From Candidatus Sumerlaeaceae bacterium (GTDB taxonomy: Bacteria; Sumerlaeota; Sumerlaeia; Sumerlaeales; Sumerlaeaceae): DNA of 64,000 bases. Below, piece by piece: positions 19,219 through 28,646 of this stretch. The notes beneath the pieces were generated by a model. The model searched no databases. It was given only the letters and a program-made list of their open reading frames with translations, and was not told where the DNA came from. The position numbers and the translations under genes were made by a program. The stretch spans positions 1 through 64,000 of the forward strand of contig JBPCLP010000025.1 in assembly GCA_051003195.1 (NCBI GenBank), written 5' to 3'. Position 1 is the stretch's first letter; the number at the start of each line of letters is the position of its first letter.

Positions 19219-20328
19219 ATGACAACTTCCATGCTGGCCGCCTTTCTGCTGTGGTTGTTCGGCGGGCTTCTCTCCTCAGCCAACACGGCGGCGGACACTC
19301 TTTCCATAAAGGACGCGCTGACGACAGAATCTGCAGCACTGGTCGTTCGTGCTGATCCCGGCTCGACCACGCGATTGCGCGATGTTGCAGCTGCGCATGG
19401 ACTGCTTATCGGTGCGGCCACCGAGGCAGTCACTCTTGTCCGCGAGCCGGATTTTGCGTCGCTGCTGGGTAATCAGTTCTCCCTGCTCACAACGGAGAAT
19501 CGGCTGAAGTTCAACATTGTGCATCCGAGTCGCGACATCTATAATTTTGAGCAGGCCGATGTAATCGTGCGCTTCGCCGAGGCGAACCGAATGGCCGTGC
19601 GTGGGCACTGCTTTATCTGGCATGAGCACTTTCCGTCGTGGCTGGCGGCTGCGGATATTTCGACTACCGAAGCGGAGCAACTCGTACGCGAGCATATCCA
19701 TAAAATCATGCAGCGCTACGCGGGCCGGATCCTGTATTGGGATGTCGTGAACGAGCCAATCACCGACGACGGCAAAATGCGGGATACGAAATGGCGCAGT
19801 CTGCTGGGAGACGATTACATCGCGAAGGCATTCCGATGGGCGCGCGAAGCAGATCCGCACGCCAAACTATTCCTCAACGATTTCGGCATCGAGACCGTGT
19901 GCCCGAAATCCGACAAGTTCTACGAAGTTGTGCAAGGCCTTCAGGCCGCAAAGATACCGCTCGACGGCCTCGGCTTCCAGATGCACCTGAACCTGGGTGC
20001 CGGGCTGTCGACCACATCGCTACAGCAGAACCTGCGACGCTTCGCTGCTCTTGGGCTCGAACTGCACGTAACGGAGATGGACGTCTCGCTCGACCGAACT
20101 GGAGTCGCGAGTGAGACACTTCAGCGGCAGGCGGCAATGTATCGCGATGTCCTGGAAACTACGTTGGAGTTTCCAGCGTTCAAGGCGATTGTCTTCTGGG
20201 GCGCGTCTGACCGCCATTCCTGGCTCACCCGGAAAATATCGCCACCGGATGCTCCCCTGTTATTTGATCGAGAGTTGCGTCCAAAACCCGCATTTGACGG
20301 TGTATTGCAGGCGCTACAACCCGGCTGA
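19219..20328 (+). CDS. GH10 endo-1,4-beta-xylanase
   Basis: TENRLKF, RGHCFIWH, WDVVNE (acid/base), GFQMH, VTEMDV (nucleophile), PLLFD..PKPA. Confidence 0.95.
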   Translation: MTTSMLAAFLLWLFGGLLSSANTAADTLSIKDALTTESAALVVRADPGSTTRLRDVAAAHGLLIGAATEAVTLVREPDFASLLGNQFSLLTTENRLKFNIVHPSRDIYNFEQADVIVRFAEANRMAVRGHCFIWHEHFPSWLAAADISTTEAEQLVREHIHKIMQRYAGRILYWDVVNEPITDDGKMRDTKWRSLLGDDYIAKAFRWAREADPHAKLFLNDFGIETVCPKSDKFYEVVQGLQAAKIPLDGLGFQMHLNLGAGLSTTSLQQNLRRFAALGLELHVTEMDVSLDRTGVASETLQRQAAMYRDVLETTLEFPAFKAIVFWGASDRHSWLTRKISPPDAPLLFDRELRPKPAFDGVLQALQPG

Positions 20329-20353
20329 CATTCGCCGCGATTCGATCGCTAAC

Positions 20354-22291
20354 CTATTCCGGCCATTCCTCGGCCGAGAGACGCTTCCAAAGGATCACCA
20401 GGCACGCGGCGGCAATGGCCAGGCAGAGCAGTCCAAGCGGCGCACTGCCGAGAAGAAGTTTTCCAATTCCAAAAAGAATACCGTAAATGGCCACGATGCC
20501 AAACCCGTAGTTGATCCATTGCGGAGCCATGGGTTCGCTTGCTGGTATGGCAGGATGGGCCGAGGCAATACGTCCCCATCCGGGTCCCATCGGACGAACG
20601 CGTAAGTAGAACTCAGAGAGCTTTTCCGTGGAAACGGGCCTGGTCATGAGTGTCACGGTAATCCAGACAAAGGTGCTGAACGGCACAAGGACAAGCAACG
20701 TATACGGGAAAGTTAACGTACCAAGCCACTGCATCCACGACACAAATGCAGTCGCCCCTGAACCGCTTCCTGCATGGGGCGACAGATAGCTTTTCATTGC
20801 GTCGGAAGCCAGTACCTTCAGTACGGCTGAGCCAGCCAGCGACGCGATCATTGCTGAAATTTCCGACCACGCGTTAATGCGCCACCACAGCCACCGCAGC
20901 AGATACACGGTTCCGAGGCCCGCGTATACTTGCGCCAGCAGTTGCCATGCGCCAATGATCGAATCGAGTAGATAGGTAAAGACTGCACCTACGATACCTA
21001 TGAGGATAGTCGCGACGATGGATGCGCGGACGTAGTGCTGCTGGGTGGCTTCGCGCCGCACGAACCGCTTGTAGAAATCGTTGGTCAGGTACGATGCGCC
21101 CCAGTTCATTTGCGTGTCGATGGTCGACATGTACGCGGCGAAAAATGTAGCGACCATGAACCCGAGAAGTCCTGCCGGCATCAACGCAACCATCACACGA
21201 ACGTACCCCTGCTCAGGATCTGGAAACACGCCCGCTGCGTCAGGCAGGTAGGGGAACATGACAGCGGCGCAAAGTCCTGTAATAATCCATGGCCACGGGC
21301 GCAGGCTATAATGGGCGATGTTATACCACAGGTACCCAAACAGCGCGTGCTTTTCGTTTTTCGCGGCCAGCATCCGTTGGGCTGCGTAGCCACCTCCGTC
21401 CGTCTGCCCCACGGTCCACCATTGCAACAGGATGTAGATCAGAAAAGCCCCGAACGGCCCTTCCAGCGAATGGCCGCGGCTGGGCAGCATTGCCGTCATC
21501 TCATGCACTCGAGCGGGATAGAGGTTGTTCAGTTTCGCGAGTAGTGAAGAGATGCCGCCAACTTCCCGCACGGCGACAATGGCGAGGAGAATGGCACCCG
21601 CCATTGCGAGTATGAACTGGAAAAAGTCGGTGATCATGACGCCGGTCAGGCCGGAGAGACAGGTGTAGACCAGCGTGAGGATGAAGCAGAACATCACGGA
21701 AGCGATTTTGGTGTTTATCTGGTAGTCTGCGCCGAAGAGATGGATCGTGTGAAGCGGGTCCACGGCAAGAACCACCACAATGATCTTCGCCATCGCAAGA
21801 TTGACCCACCCTATGGTCAGGCAGTTCATCGGCAGTCCAAGATACAGGGCGCGGAATCCACGTAGAAAAGCGGCCGAGCGGCCACTGTATCTTAGTTCGA
21901 TGAACTCTGTATCTGTGAGCACACCAGAGCGCCGCCACAAACGCGCCATAAAAAACACCGCGATCATACCTGCCAGCGCACTGTTCCACCAGTACCAGTT
22001 TCCCCAGATGCCCTGCTTCACCACGAGTGCGCTGATCGCAAGCGGGGTGTCCGCCGCAAACGTGGTTGCGACGATGGAAGTTCCAAGCAGCCACCAGGAG
22101 GCCTTGCGACCGGAGACGTAGTACTCTTCCATGCTGTCGAGCGATTTGCCGGAATGCGCGAACGCGTAGCCCAGCGTGACGACGAGGTACGCGATGATGA
22201 TGATCCAGTCTATCGCGGCTAAGTGGGCGATGGTCGACCTCGGGCTTGGGATTGGATGTGGGAAAGACCAAAATGAGCGCAGCGACTGCAA
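20354..22291 (-). CDS. Sodium:solute symporter (SSS) family protein; true start possibly 22231
   Basis: WWLLGTSIVATTFAADTPL, LWRRSGVLTD.EFIELRY, GY.AQRML.AKNE, AAYMSTI..NWGASY, WWRINAWSEI. Confidence 0.92.
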   Translation of the reverse strand: MQSLRSFWSFPHPIPSPRSTIAHLAAIDWIIIIAYLVVTLGYAFAHSGKSLDSMEEYYVSGRKASWWLLGTSIVATTFAADTPLAISALVVKQGIWGNWYWWNSALAGMIAVFFMARLWRRSGVLTDTEFIELRYSGRSAAFLRGFRALYLGLPMNCLTIGWVNLAMAKIIVVVLAVDPLHTIHLFGADYQINTKIASVMFCFILTLVYTCLSGLTGVMITDFFQFILAMAGAILLAIVAVREVGGISSLLAKLNNLYPARVHEMTAMLPSRGHSLEGPFGAFLIYILLQWWTVGQTDGGGYAAQRMLAAKNEKHALFGYLWYNIAHYSLRPWPWIITGLCAAVMFPYLPDAAGVFPDPEQGYVRVMVALMPAGLLGFMVATFFAAYMSTIDTQMNWGASYLTNDFYKRFVRREATQQHYVRASIVATILIGIVGAVFTYLLDSIIGAWQLLAQVYAGLGTVYLLRWLWWRINAWSEISAMIASLAGSAVLKVLASDAMKSYLSPHAGSGSGATAFVSWMQWLGTLTFPYTLLVLVPFSTFVWITVTLMTRPVSTEKLSEFYLRVRPMGPGWGRIASAHPAIPASEPMAPQWINYGFGIVAIYGILFGIGKLLLGSAPLGLLCLAIAAACLVILWKRLSAEEWPE

Positions 22292-22417
22292 GCAACAAAA
22301 GGGCAGGCTGTGGAGCGCCAGGGGTGGCGCTCACAGGTTCTTTTTACAGATAGGGAACCGGCGCTGGCGTAATTACGTATTAAGAGATGAAACCTAAATG
22401 GTTACGCGGAGGAAAAG

Positions 22418-22942
22418 ATGGAAGAATCGCAGCGAGTTCCCTGTCCCTATTGCCGGGAGTTGATCCTCCCGGGAGCCGTAAAGTGCAAGGAGTGCGGAAG
22501 CAACCTAGGCGGGCGCGTACTCATGAGCCGGCAGATGGTGTGGGCGAGAAACTTTCCCGACCGCAAATTACTCGGCGTCGCGAGTTGCATAGCGCATAAC
22601 CTTGGGGTGTCGCCAACGCTCGTACGCCTGCTGTTCGTGCTGCTTACGTTTGTCAGCCTGCTGGGGCTGTTTTTGTACATTGCGCTGGCATTGCTGATTC
22701 CGGCGGCGCCGGGCCAAAGAAGTGCATTTGAGGCCGTGGTGGACGCGATAGGAGCAGCCTTCGATAACTTCAGGTCGCAGCCGGTGACGGCACAGGGCAT
22801 CGCGGGCAGCAGTGTTGCAGGCGAATGCACTTCAACTGCCGCCCCGTCGGCGGCAAACGCACAGGCTGCGCCGGCACCGGTTGCCGTTGCAGTTCCTCCA
22901 CCCCCGCCCGATTCCGGTGGCACACCGGGTACTGGAGTGTAG
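22418..22942 (+). CDS. Zinc-ribbon + PspC-domain membrane protein
   Basis: CPYC..CKEC ribbon; RKLLGVASCIAHNLGVSPTLVRLLFV..YIALALLIP PspC pattern; Pro/Ala tail. Confidence 0.85.
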   Translation: MEESQRVPCPYCRELILPGAVKCKECGSNLGGRVLMSRQMVWARNFPDRKLLGVASCIAHNLGVSPTLVRLLFVLLTFVSLLGLFLYIALALLIPAAPGQRSAFEAVVDAIGAAFDNFRSQPVTAQGIAGSSVAGECTSTAAPSAANAQAAPAPVAVAVPPPPPDSGGTPGTGV

Positions 22943-22981
22943 GTGGTTACCAGATGAACGATCTGCATTTGAGCTCCCCTG

Positions 22982-23662
22982 ATGTACAATGAGGGAAACG
23001 AGATATCGACGGCAGGCGCGGGCGGGTGCCTTGAGTGGCTTGCAGTCGGCCCGCTCAACGTGATCGGCTCGCTCATGCGTTTGGCAACCGGATCTCAGTC
23101 CGACACCGAAGCGGCGCAGCTCGACTGCGAGGTTTTGCGCCGTATATCGCGAGGCGATTCATCGGCGTTTGAAGAGCTGATGCGGCAGCATGGTGCCGCC
23201 CTGTTTAGTTTTCTCAGCCGTCGTGTGCGCATTCGTGAAACCGTGGAAGACCTTTTCCAGGAAACATGGATAAGGGTGATCAACCACGCGCATACATTCA
23301 GAGGAGTCGGCTCAGCGCGGCCGTGGCTTTACCGGATCGCACTGAACGCATTAACAGATTATCATCGACGTGAAACCGCGGCGCGGCGCGGAGGCGGCGC
23401 AGTGCACGTGGACCTCGACGCTGCCGCGAATGTCGCCGCCGAGCAGTCTGTGCCATCCCTTATCAGCGAACAGAACTCCGTACTGCACACGGCCGTGGAA
23501 GAGCTGCCGGAAGTTTACCGCGAGGTAGTCCGGCTGAGGTATTTCGAGGAATTGAGCACCGAAGAGGTGGCGGAAGTGCTGGAGTGCGCGCCCGGCACGG
23601 TGAAGAGCCGACTCTCGCGCGGACTGGTGTTGCTGCAAAGCCGGCTGGAGGAGTTAAGATGA
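22982..23662 (+). CDS. ECF RNA polymerase sigma factor
   Basis: EDLFQETWI, WLYRIA.N, LPE.YREVV.LRYFEELS..EVA..L....GTVKSRLSRG; start uncertain. Confidence 0.92.
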   Translation: MYNEGNEISTAGAGGCLEWLAVGPLNVIGSLMRLATGSQSDTEAAQLDCEVLRRISRGDSSAFEELMRQHGAALFSFLSRRVRIRETVEDLFQETWIRVINHAHTFRGVGSARPWLYRIALNALTDYHRRETAARRGGGAVHVDLDAAANVAAEQSVPSLISEQNSVLHTAVEELPEVYREVVRLRYFEELSTEEVAEVLECAPGTVKSRLSRGLVLLQSRLEELR

Positions 23663-24084
23663 CGTACGAACCAGACCAGCTCGAAATGCAGCTGCGTGTT
23701 TTGGGCCGCCAATTAGGTAACGATGCTCCAGGCGTCGCACTGATGGAATGCGTGCGCCACAATGCACGTACAGTAATAGCAGAGCGGGCCGCTGGTCAGG
23801 CGCTGCAGGCACGGCGTCGAAAACTGGTCGGGCTTTACTGCCTGCTGCTCGCCACGCTGCCGCTGCCACTGCTCTTCGTCTGGATGGATTGGTCGGCCGT
23901 AAGTTCCGTGTTCGGCGCGATGCTGCCTCCATCGGCTTCCGCTATCGTCTCCGGCGTTTACCTGTGGTTGAAAGTGACGGCACTGGTTCTCATTTACGCC
24001 ATAGGGCTTTGCGCAATGGTAACCATGGCGCTCTGTATGCGATCCAGTGAAGATTTCGCGGGAACAGAGTCAGTGCCGGCATGA
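23659..24084 (+). CDS. Putative two-TM anti-sigma factor
   Basis: ATGA-coupled to sigma gene; cytoplasmic N-terminus then two hydrophobic helices. Confidence 0.65.
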   Translation: MTYEPDQLEMQLRVLGRQLGNDAPGVALMECVRHNARTVIAERAAGQALQARRRKLVGLYCLLLATLPLPLLFVWMDWSAVSSVFGAMLPPSASAIVSGVYLWLKVTALVLIYAIGLCAMVTMALCMRSSEDFAGTESVPA

Positions 24085-24413
24085 GCACGTTGCCGCCACG
24101 GCCACCGCAGCCTGGGGAAAGATTGGCGACATCAAAGCAGTGCCCGTACTGCCTTGAGCAGATTCACGCACAGGCGACCCGTTGCCGGTACTGCCGTTCA
24201 TGGTTGTTCGGAAACCCGCTGCAGAACGAGTGGTACCGCAGTCCGGACGGCCGCCTGGGTGGTGTATGCCAGGGGTTGGGTGAACAATTCAATATGTCGC
24301 CCACGCCTCTCCGCCTGGTGTTCGTACTGACGGCAGTTTTCGGTGCGGGGATTGGGTTGGTCGCCTACGTGGTCCTTTGGGCGATCATGCCGTTACGGGC
24401 AGAGAAGGTCTAA
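24081..24413 (+). CDS. Zinc-ribbon + PspC-domain protein
   Basis: CPYC..CRYC; YRS..GRLGGVCQGLGE..P..LRLVFV..YVVLWAIMP. Confidence 0.88.
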   Translation: MSTLPPRPPQPGERLATSKQCPYCLEQIHAQATRCRYCRSWLFGNPLQNEWYRSPDGRLGGVCQGLGEQFNMSPTPLRLVFVLTAVFGAGIGLVAYVVLWAIMPLRAEKV

Positions 24414-24419
24414 GGCTTT

Positions 24420-24608
24420 CTAGTGTGCTGTCCCAGAGATTCGTTACATATTTTTGATCTCCGGCGCCCCTTCAGGGCGCGAAGCTGAAACCCAGGGCTG
24501 CGGATTCCAAAAAGCCGGAATCCTGACCCTGGGCTGTGTTCCGCTGCACCTTCGGTGCAAAAAGATTCCGACAGAATTCTGCGGCGAATTTCACGGACAG
24601 CACACCAG
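24420..24608. mobile_element. MITE/REPIN-like element with 14-bp terminal IRs
   Basis: CTAGTGTGCTGTCC ... GGACAGCACACCAG (13/14); internal GGATTCCAAAAAGCCGGAATCC and GCACCTTCGGTGC hairpins shared with copies at 29.3 and 36.3 kb. Confidence 0.75.
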
Positions 24609-24612
24609 TCTT

Positions 24613-24730
24613 GTCTACCGTTAGTTCGTAATCTGTTCTGTGTGCCGAATCGAGGGTGGTCTGCCCTTTGGTCTGGATAGGTACTACTGATTCGGTGGGC
24701 TACGGTTAATTCGTATTCCGTTCTGTGTAC
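24613..24730. repeat. Inverted partner of 19135-19171 (24613-24649) plus a degenerate tandem copy (~24700-24730)
   Basis: GTCTACCGTTAGTTCGTAATCTGTTCTGTGTGCCGAA; CTACGGTTAATTCGTATTCCGTTCTGTGTAC. Confidence 0.8.
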
Positions 24731-24794
24731 GTTGTGTGGCCCGAAACGCGGTTGCCTGAATCGGCCCTGCGGCCATGAAAGGCAACCCTGGAGC

Positions 24795-25763
24795 TTACGA
24801 CACCATTCCGATTAATAACTCCTCGAGGCGCAGCCGGTACTGATCGTCCATAAACTGCGGCGTGCCACGATTGAAATGCAATCCACTCTCCGAAAGAAAA
24901 TCGAGCAGGAACACCGCAACATAAAATCTGAATAAGGGCCAGTCTGCTGCTTCGGCACCGAGGAGCTTTAGCCAATGTTCTGTATAATGTGTGTCCGCCT
25001 GCATAGCGAGCAGCGACGTGTGCGTTAGCGCGACGTTGAACAGCGGATCGCCGAAGCAGAGCTCGTCTACATCTACGATACCCGACAACCGGTTTTCATG
25101 AATGATCACGTTTTTTGTAGTCGCATCATCCATGAAGGGGCGCGGGGGCATGAGCCGAAGTTCTGATTCGAACAGCGTAAATGCTGAGGTGACGAGATCC
25201 GCGAAATATGGCCTGACAAGTCCGACATCCATAATGCGCTGGCGGCTGCGGTCGATGGAGGCACGCACGACGTCTGCCCACGCGGAATGCTGCCATGAGT
25301 GTTCGTAATCATACGCAAATCCGTAGCCGCCGCCGAGCGGCAATCTATCCATCGCATGTCGAAAGCGAACCATCTCTTCCGCGAGGCTCTCCTTCGCGGG
25401 ACTGTCCATTTTCGCATACACGTGCGCGAGGTCGGTGCCGGGCAGCCTCTCAAGAATCATGGCCGCATGGCCAGTGATCTGGCCTTGTGGGTCCGCCGCA
25501 ATAATATCAGCCACCGGAACACCCAGCGGCCTCAGCTTTTGAGACCAGTAAATCGCACCCGCGATTGCAGCCGATCGGTCTGGGTTGGCGATACGCGCAA
25601 CGACGCGCTTCCCATTTTGCATGACGACGTCGTAGACGTAGTGGCACATGCCCGTGGAAAATCTGGTAAGGGTAAGCGCGGGTTCTCCCAGGAGTGCCTG
25701 GATAAGCTGCCGCGCATCAAATTCGTTTGGCGGCGCTGCGGCGAGTGGTTTCGATGCTTCCAT
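24795..25763 (-). CDS. Aminoglycoside phosphotransferase (APH)-family kinase-like protein
   Basis: DDATTKNVII and GIVDVD..FGDPL motifs; ATG start inferred. Confidence 0.8.
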   Translation of the reverse strand: MEASKPLAAAPPNEFDARQLIQALLGEPALTLTRFSTGMCHYVYDVVMQNGKRVVARIANPDRSAAIAGAIYWSQKLRPLGVPVADIIAADPQGQITGHAAMILERLPGTDLAHVYAKMDSPAKESLAEEMVRFRHAMDRLPLGGGYGFAYDYEHSWQHSAWADVVRASIDRSRQRIMDVGLVRPYFADLVTSAFTLFESELRLMPPRPFMDDATTKNVIIHENRLSGIVDVDELCFGDPLFNVALTHTSLLAMQADTHYTEHWLKLLGAEAADWPLFRFYVAVFLLDFLSESGLHFNRGTPQFMDDQYRLRLEELLIGMVS

Positions 25764-25831
25764 CGGGATTACGGTGGTACTGCTTAGCCGGCCGATGCCC
25801 CGCGAGCAGGAGCACACTTCACCAGGTGCAG

Positions 25832-27493
25832 CTACACTACGCCGCCGGTTTTGTACTTCCCGCTTTCGGACTTGTAGCTGTCGAGCGCCAGGCAGAAGGC
25901 AGCGTAGAATTCCCGCACGACATTTGCCTCGAAATCCGACAGAATACCCTGCTGGCTGCCCTGCTGCACTTCGTTGAACATGTTAATAAGATGCGAGTGC
26001 AATGATTCCAGCTGTTCCTCTGTGTAGTTCTTGAGATTCTTTTTGCATAACCCAATGCGCGGATCGTCCGAGGCGATCTTCGGCAGGTTCATGGGTGGCG
26101 GCGTCATGGTAGCCGTGGTCGCGGCCTGCTTTACTCCGGCTCCAGACACGGAAGGCCGAAAGCCCCCGGCCGCGGGACGTGCCAGGCCACCTGAAGGAGA
26201 CGGCGTCGCTGCGCCCGATGCGAGTCCACCCGCAGGTGTTCCCAGTCCTCCTCCCGCCGGGCGGCCTAATCCAGCACCGGCTGGCCTGCCGAGGCCACCT
26301 GCAGGGCGCCCAAGTCCCGCGGGGCGATTGGCACCGGGGCCTTCAGACAGCGAGCGCTTCAATCCCTTGCCGGGCGCGGAAGCAGGTCTGCCATTGAGTG
26401 GGCCCGTGGGCGCGGCAGGAGCTGTAGCTGGAGTCGTAATCCCAAGATCCGCGCTGGTATCCGTGAGCCCGACCGAAGTCTTGAGGTCCTTCAGCCAGGT
26501 CTCGAACTCCTGTTCCTTCGCGTCCCTGGATTCTCCAGAAGCACGCTGCAACTCGATTGCTTTTTCGATTTTTGCGCGCAGCTCTTTCAGAGCAGGATTG
26601 CCGGGTGTAAACTTCAGGCCCTGGTCGACAGTATCCTTGGCCTTCTTCAGGTTCAGTTGACGGATGAAGTGCGTTGTCGCGGTGCGCAGTTCCTCGACCG
26701 CGTCGAAATAGTTGCCCTGTTTAAGATAAACTTCGCCAAGCGTGCGATGGCTCTCCGGGTACTCGGGGCATAGCTCGATCATTTTTTTGCAGATGCCCTC
26801 TGCATCCTTCAGCTCGCCCTTGCGGATGTGTTTGTCGACGACCCACTTGAGCTGCGACACGGCTTCATCCTCGCGCTTGAGCCGCGAGAACAGGTAGCTG
26901 AGTTGTTTGCGTACTTTGACATCATCCGGGGAAATGATCACGAGGATATTGTAGATCTGCAGCGTCTTATCCAGCTCGCCTTTGACGCCGTACTGCTCGG
27001 CGGCAGTCATGTATTCCTTATAGCCATTTTCCTTGTCGCCGAGTTCCAGGTACAAGGCAGCGAGTCGGCAGCGGGTAATTTCGTTTTGAGGGTCCAGTTG
27101 CACCGATTTCTGCAGAAGCGGCAGCGCGTCGATCAGGCTGCCTTCCTGGATCATTTTATCGGCGCGCTCCACCAGGTCGGTTTCGGTGGTGCCGTGGTTG
27201 CGGATGTGACCGATTACGTCCGGAAGGTCGACACCCATATAAGCCGAATAGAACTCAAGCAGGTTGCCGCCTTTGTGCCCTTCACAGTTCGTGTACTGGC
27301 ACTTGTAGCTGTTCTTATCCGTGTAGATGATCATCGACCGGCGGATCTGATCCTTATGAAGCGGACAGAATAGACGCACGGTGCTACCTTCCCGGTAAAG
27401 GGAGGCTTCGGTGAAGCCCATCTTAACCAGCAGGTCCCACGAGTCGAGGGAGGCGTTTACGGCCAGCTCTTCTTCTGAGAAAAAATAGTTCAC
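25832..27493 (-). CDS. CHC2 zinc-finger + TPR repeat protein with Gly/Pro/Ala linker
   Basis: CPLH....YKC..C....GGNLLEF primase-type Zn domain; several TPR-like helices; GLGRPAGG repeats. Confidence 0.8.
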   Translation of the reverse strand: MNYFFSEEELAVNASLDSWDLLVKMGFTEASLYREGSTVRLFCPLHKDQIRRSMIIYTDKNSYKCQYTNCEGHKGGNLLEFYSAYMGVDLPDVIGHIRNHGTTETDLVERADKMIQEGSLIDALPLLQKSVQLDPQNEITRCRLAALYLELGDKENGYKEYMTAAEQYGVKGELDKTLQIYNILVIISPDDVKVRKQLSYLFSRLKREDEAVSQLKWVVDKHIRKGELKDAEGICKKMIELCPEYPESHRTLGEVYLKQGNYFDAVEELRTATTHFIRQLNLKKAKDTVDQGLKFTPGNPALKELRAKIEKAIELQRASGESRDAKEQEFETWLKDLKTSVGLTDTSADLGITTPATAPAAPTGPLNGRPASAPGKGLKRSLSEGPGANRPAGLGRPAGGLGRPAGAGLGRPAGGGLGTPAGGLASGAATPSPSGGLARPAAGGFRPSVSGAGVKQAATTATMTPPPMNLPKIASDDPRIGLCKKNLKNYTEEQLESLHSHLINMFNEVQQGSQQGILSDFEANVVREFYAAFCLALDSYKSESGKYKTGGVV

Positions 27494-27665
27494 GGGTATG
27501 GTTTCGCCATCTAACCGCTCAAGACTCCCACCTGCCGGGAAGCTAGTAAAGTGAAAAGTCGAGAACCCCAGTGTTTCCCGACTTTAACGTTCCTTAAAGT
27601 TTCCCCGGCCGGTGCGAACCTCAATGTGGATTGACTTATGTTCAGGAGGGTTACTAGATGCCGCT

Positions 27666-28040
27666 ATGTGTTTCGTCAAGAAGAGCCGTCATGCGTGGGT
27701 GCTGGTTTTCGCGGTTTCGTCGTCAAGTAGCTTTGCAGACCGTCTCCACCACGTGGATGGAACGCTGATCGAGGGGCGTATCATCGCCGAAACAGGCGAG
27801 AAGATCCAGATCGAGACGAAATACGGCACGCTGAATTACGATCGAAGCGACCTGGTGCGCGTCGAGCGAACGGCGACAGCGGCGACTACTACTTCCGGCA
27901 CTGTCGCAGCCGCGCCGGTGAACCTGATGCGCTATATTCCCCAAGGTCCCATTAACCCATTTGCACCCCCGCAGGTGCCATTGCTAGTGACGCTTGGACC
28001 CGGGCAGGCGGCCGCTGCGCCGACACCCGCCAAAAAGTAG
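27666..28040 (+). CDS. Small secreted hypothetical protein
   Basis: Signal-peptide-like N-terminus; D.L...DG..IEG.II.E....I.IET.YG small beta domain; start uncertain. Confidence 0.65.
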   Translation: MCFVKKSRHAWVLVFAVSSSSSFADRLHHVDGTLIEGRIIAETGEKIQIETKYGTLNYDRSDLVRVERTATAATTTSGTVAAAPVNLMRYIPQGPINPFAPPQVPLLVTLGPGQAAAAPTPAKK

Positions 28041-28172
28041 GCCCGACCTGTCAGCCAGGAGATGTGCATTGGGCTACTCTAAGGTAATCTAAATCAATCC
28101 AGACACTCCTTGTAGAGCACTCTACCGCAGCCGGTGGCTGGCAACTGTTAGTACGATAAGGGAGGTACAAAC

Positions 28173-28646
28173 GTGTTCCTGGTGAAAGTGCGCACCATTT
28201 TCAGTGCTGCGCACCGCCTGTGCCGTCCCGGCTTCAGCGACGAAGAGAATTTCGCGCTGTATGGCAAATGCTCCTCGCCCAACGGTCACGGCCACAACTA
28301 CGAACTGGAAGTGGCGGTGGCCGGCGAAGTCGATCCGCACACCGGCATGGTCGCTAACTTCTACGACATCAATCGGCTCATCGATGATCTGATCTACGAG
28401 AAAGTCGATCACCGGAACCTCAACACGGATGTGGATTTTATGCGTGGCATTATCCCCACGGCTGAAAATATGGCTAAAGTGTTCTGGGAAACGCTCGAGC
28501 CACACGTCGAAGGCGGTACTCTTTTTAGTATTACGATTGGCGAGCGCGGCAACAATGTGGTTACCTACTACGGCCCTCGCGTGTCTATCGATGAGCTGCG
28601 GCGGATGCCTGATGGTGCTCATACCGTGGTGAGGTCGCTGAATTGA
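28173..28646 (+). CDS. 6-pyruvoyltetrahydropterin synthase / QueD family (PTPS)
   Basis: [33 protein letters not shown]. Confidence 0.92.
   Translation: MFLVKVRTIFSAAHRLCRPGFSDEENFALYGKCSSPNGHGHNYELEVAVAGEVDPHTGMVANFYDINRLIDDLIYEKVDHRNLNTDVDFMRGIIPTAENMAKVFWETLEPHVEGGTLFSITIGERGNNVVTYYGPRVSIDELRRMPDGAHTVVRSLN

Noticed and set aside
24795..25763. Aminoglycoside resistance gene
   Set aside because: Only broad APH-fold motifs are visible; the substrate cannot be assigned
26100..26420. GC-rich repeats within the TPR gene
   Set aside because: Encode a Gly/Pro/Ala low-complexity linker
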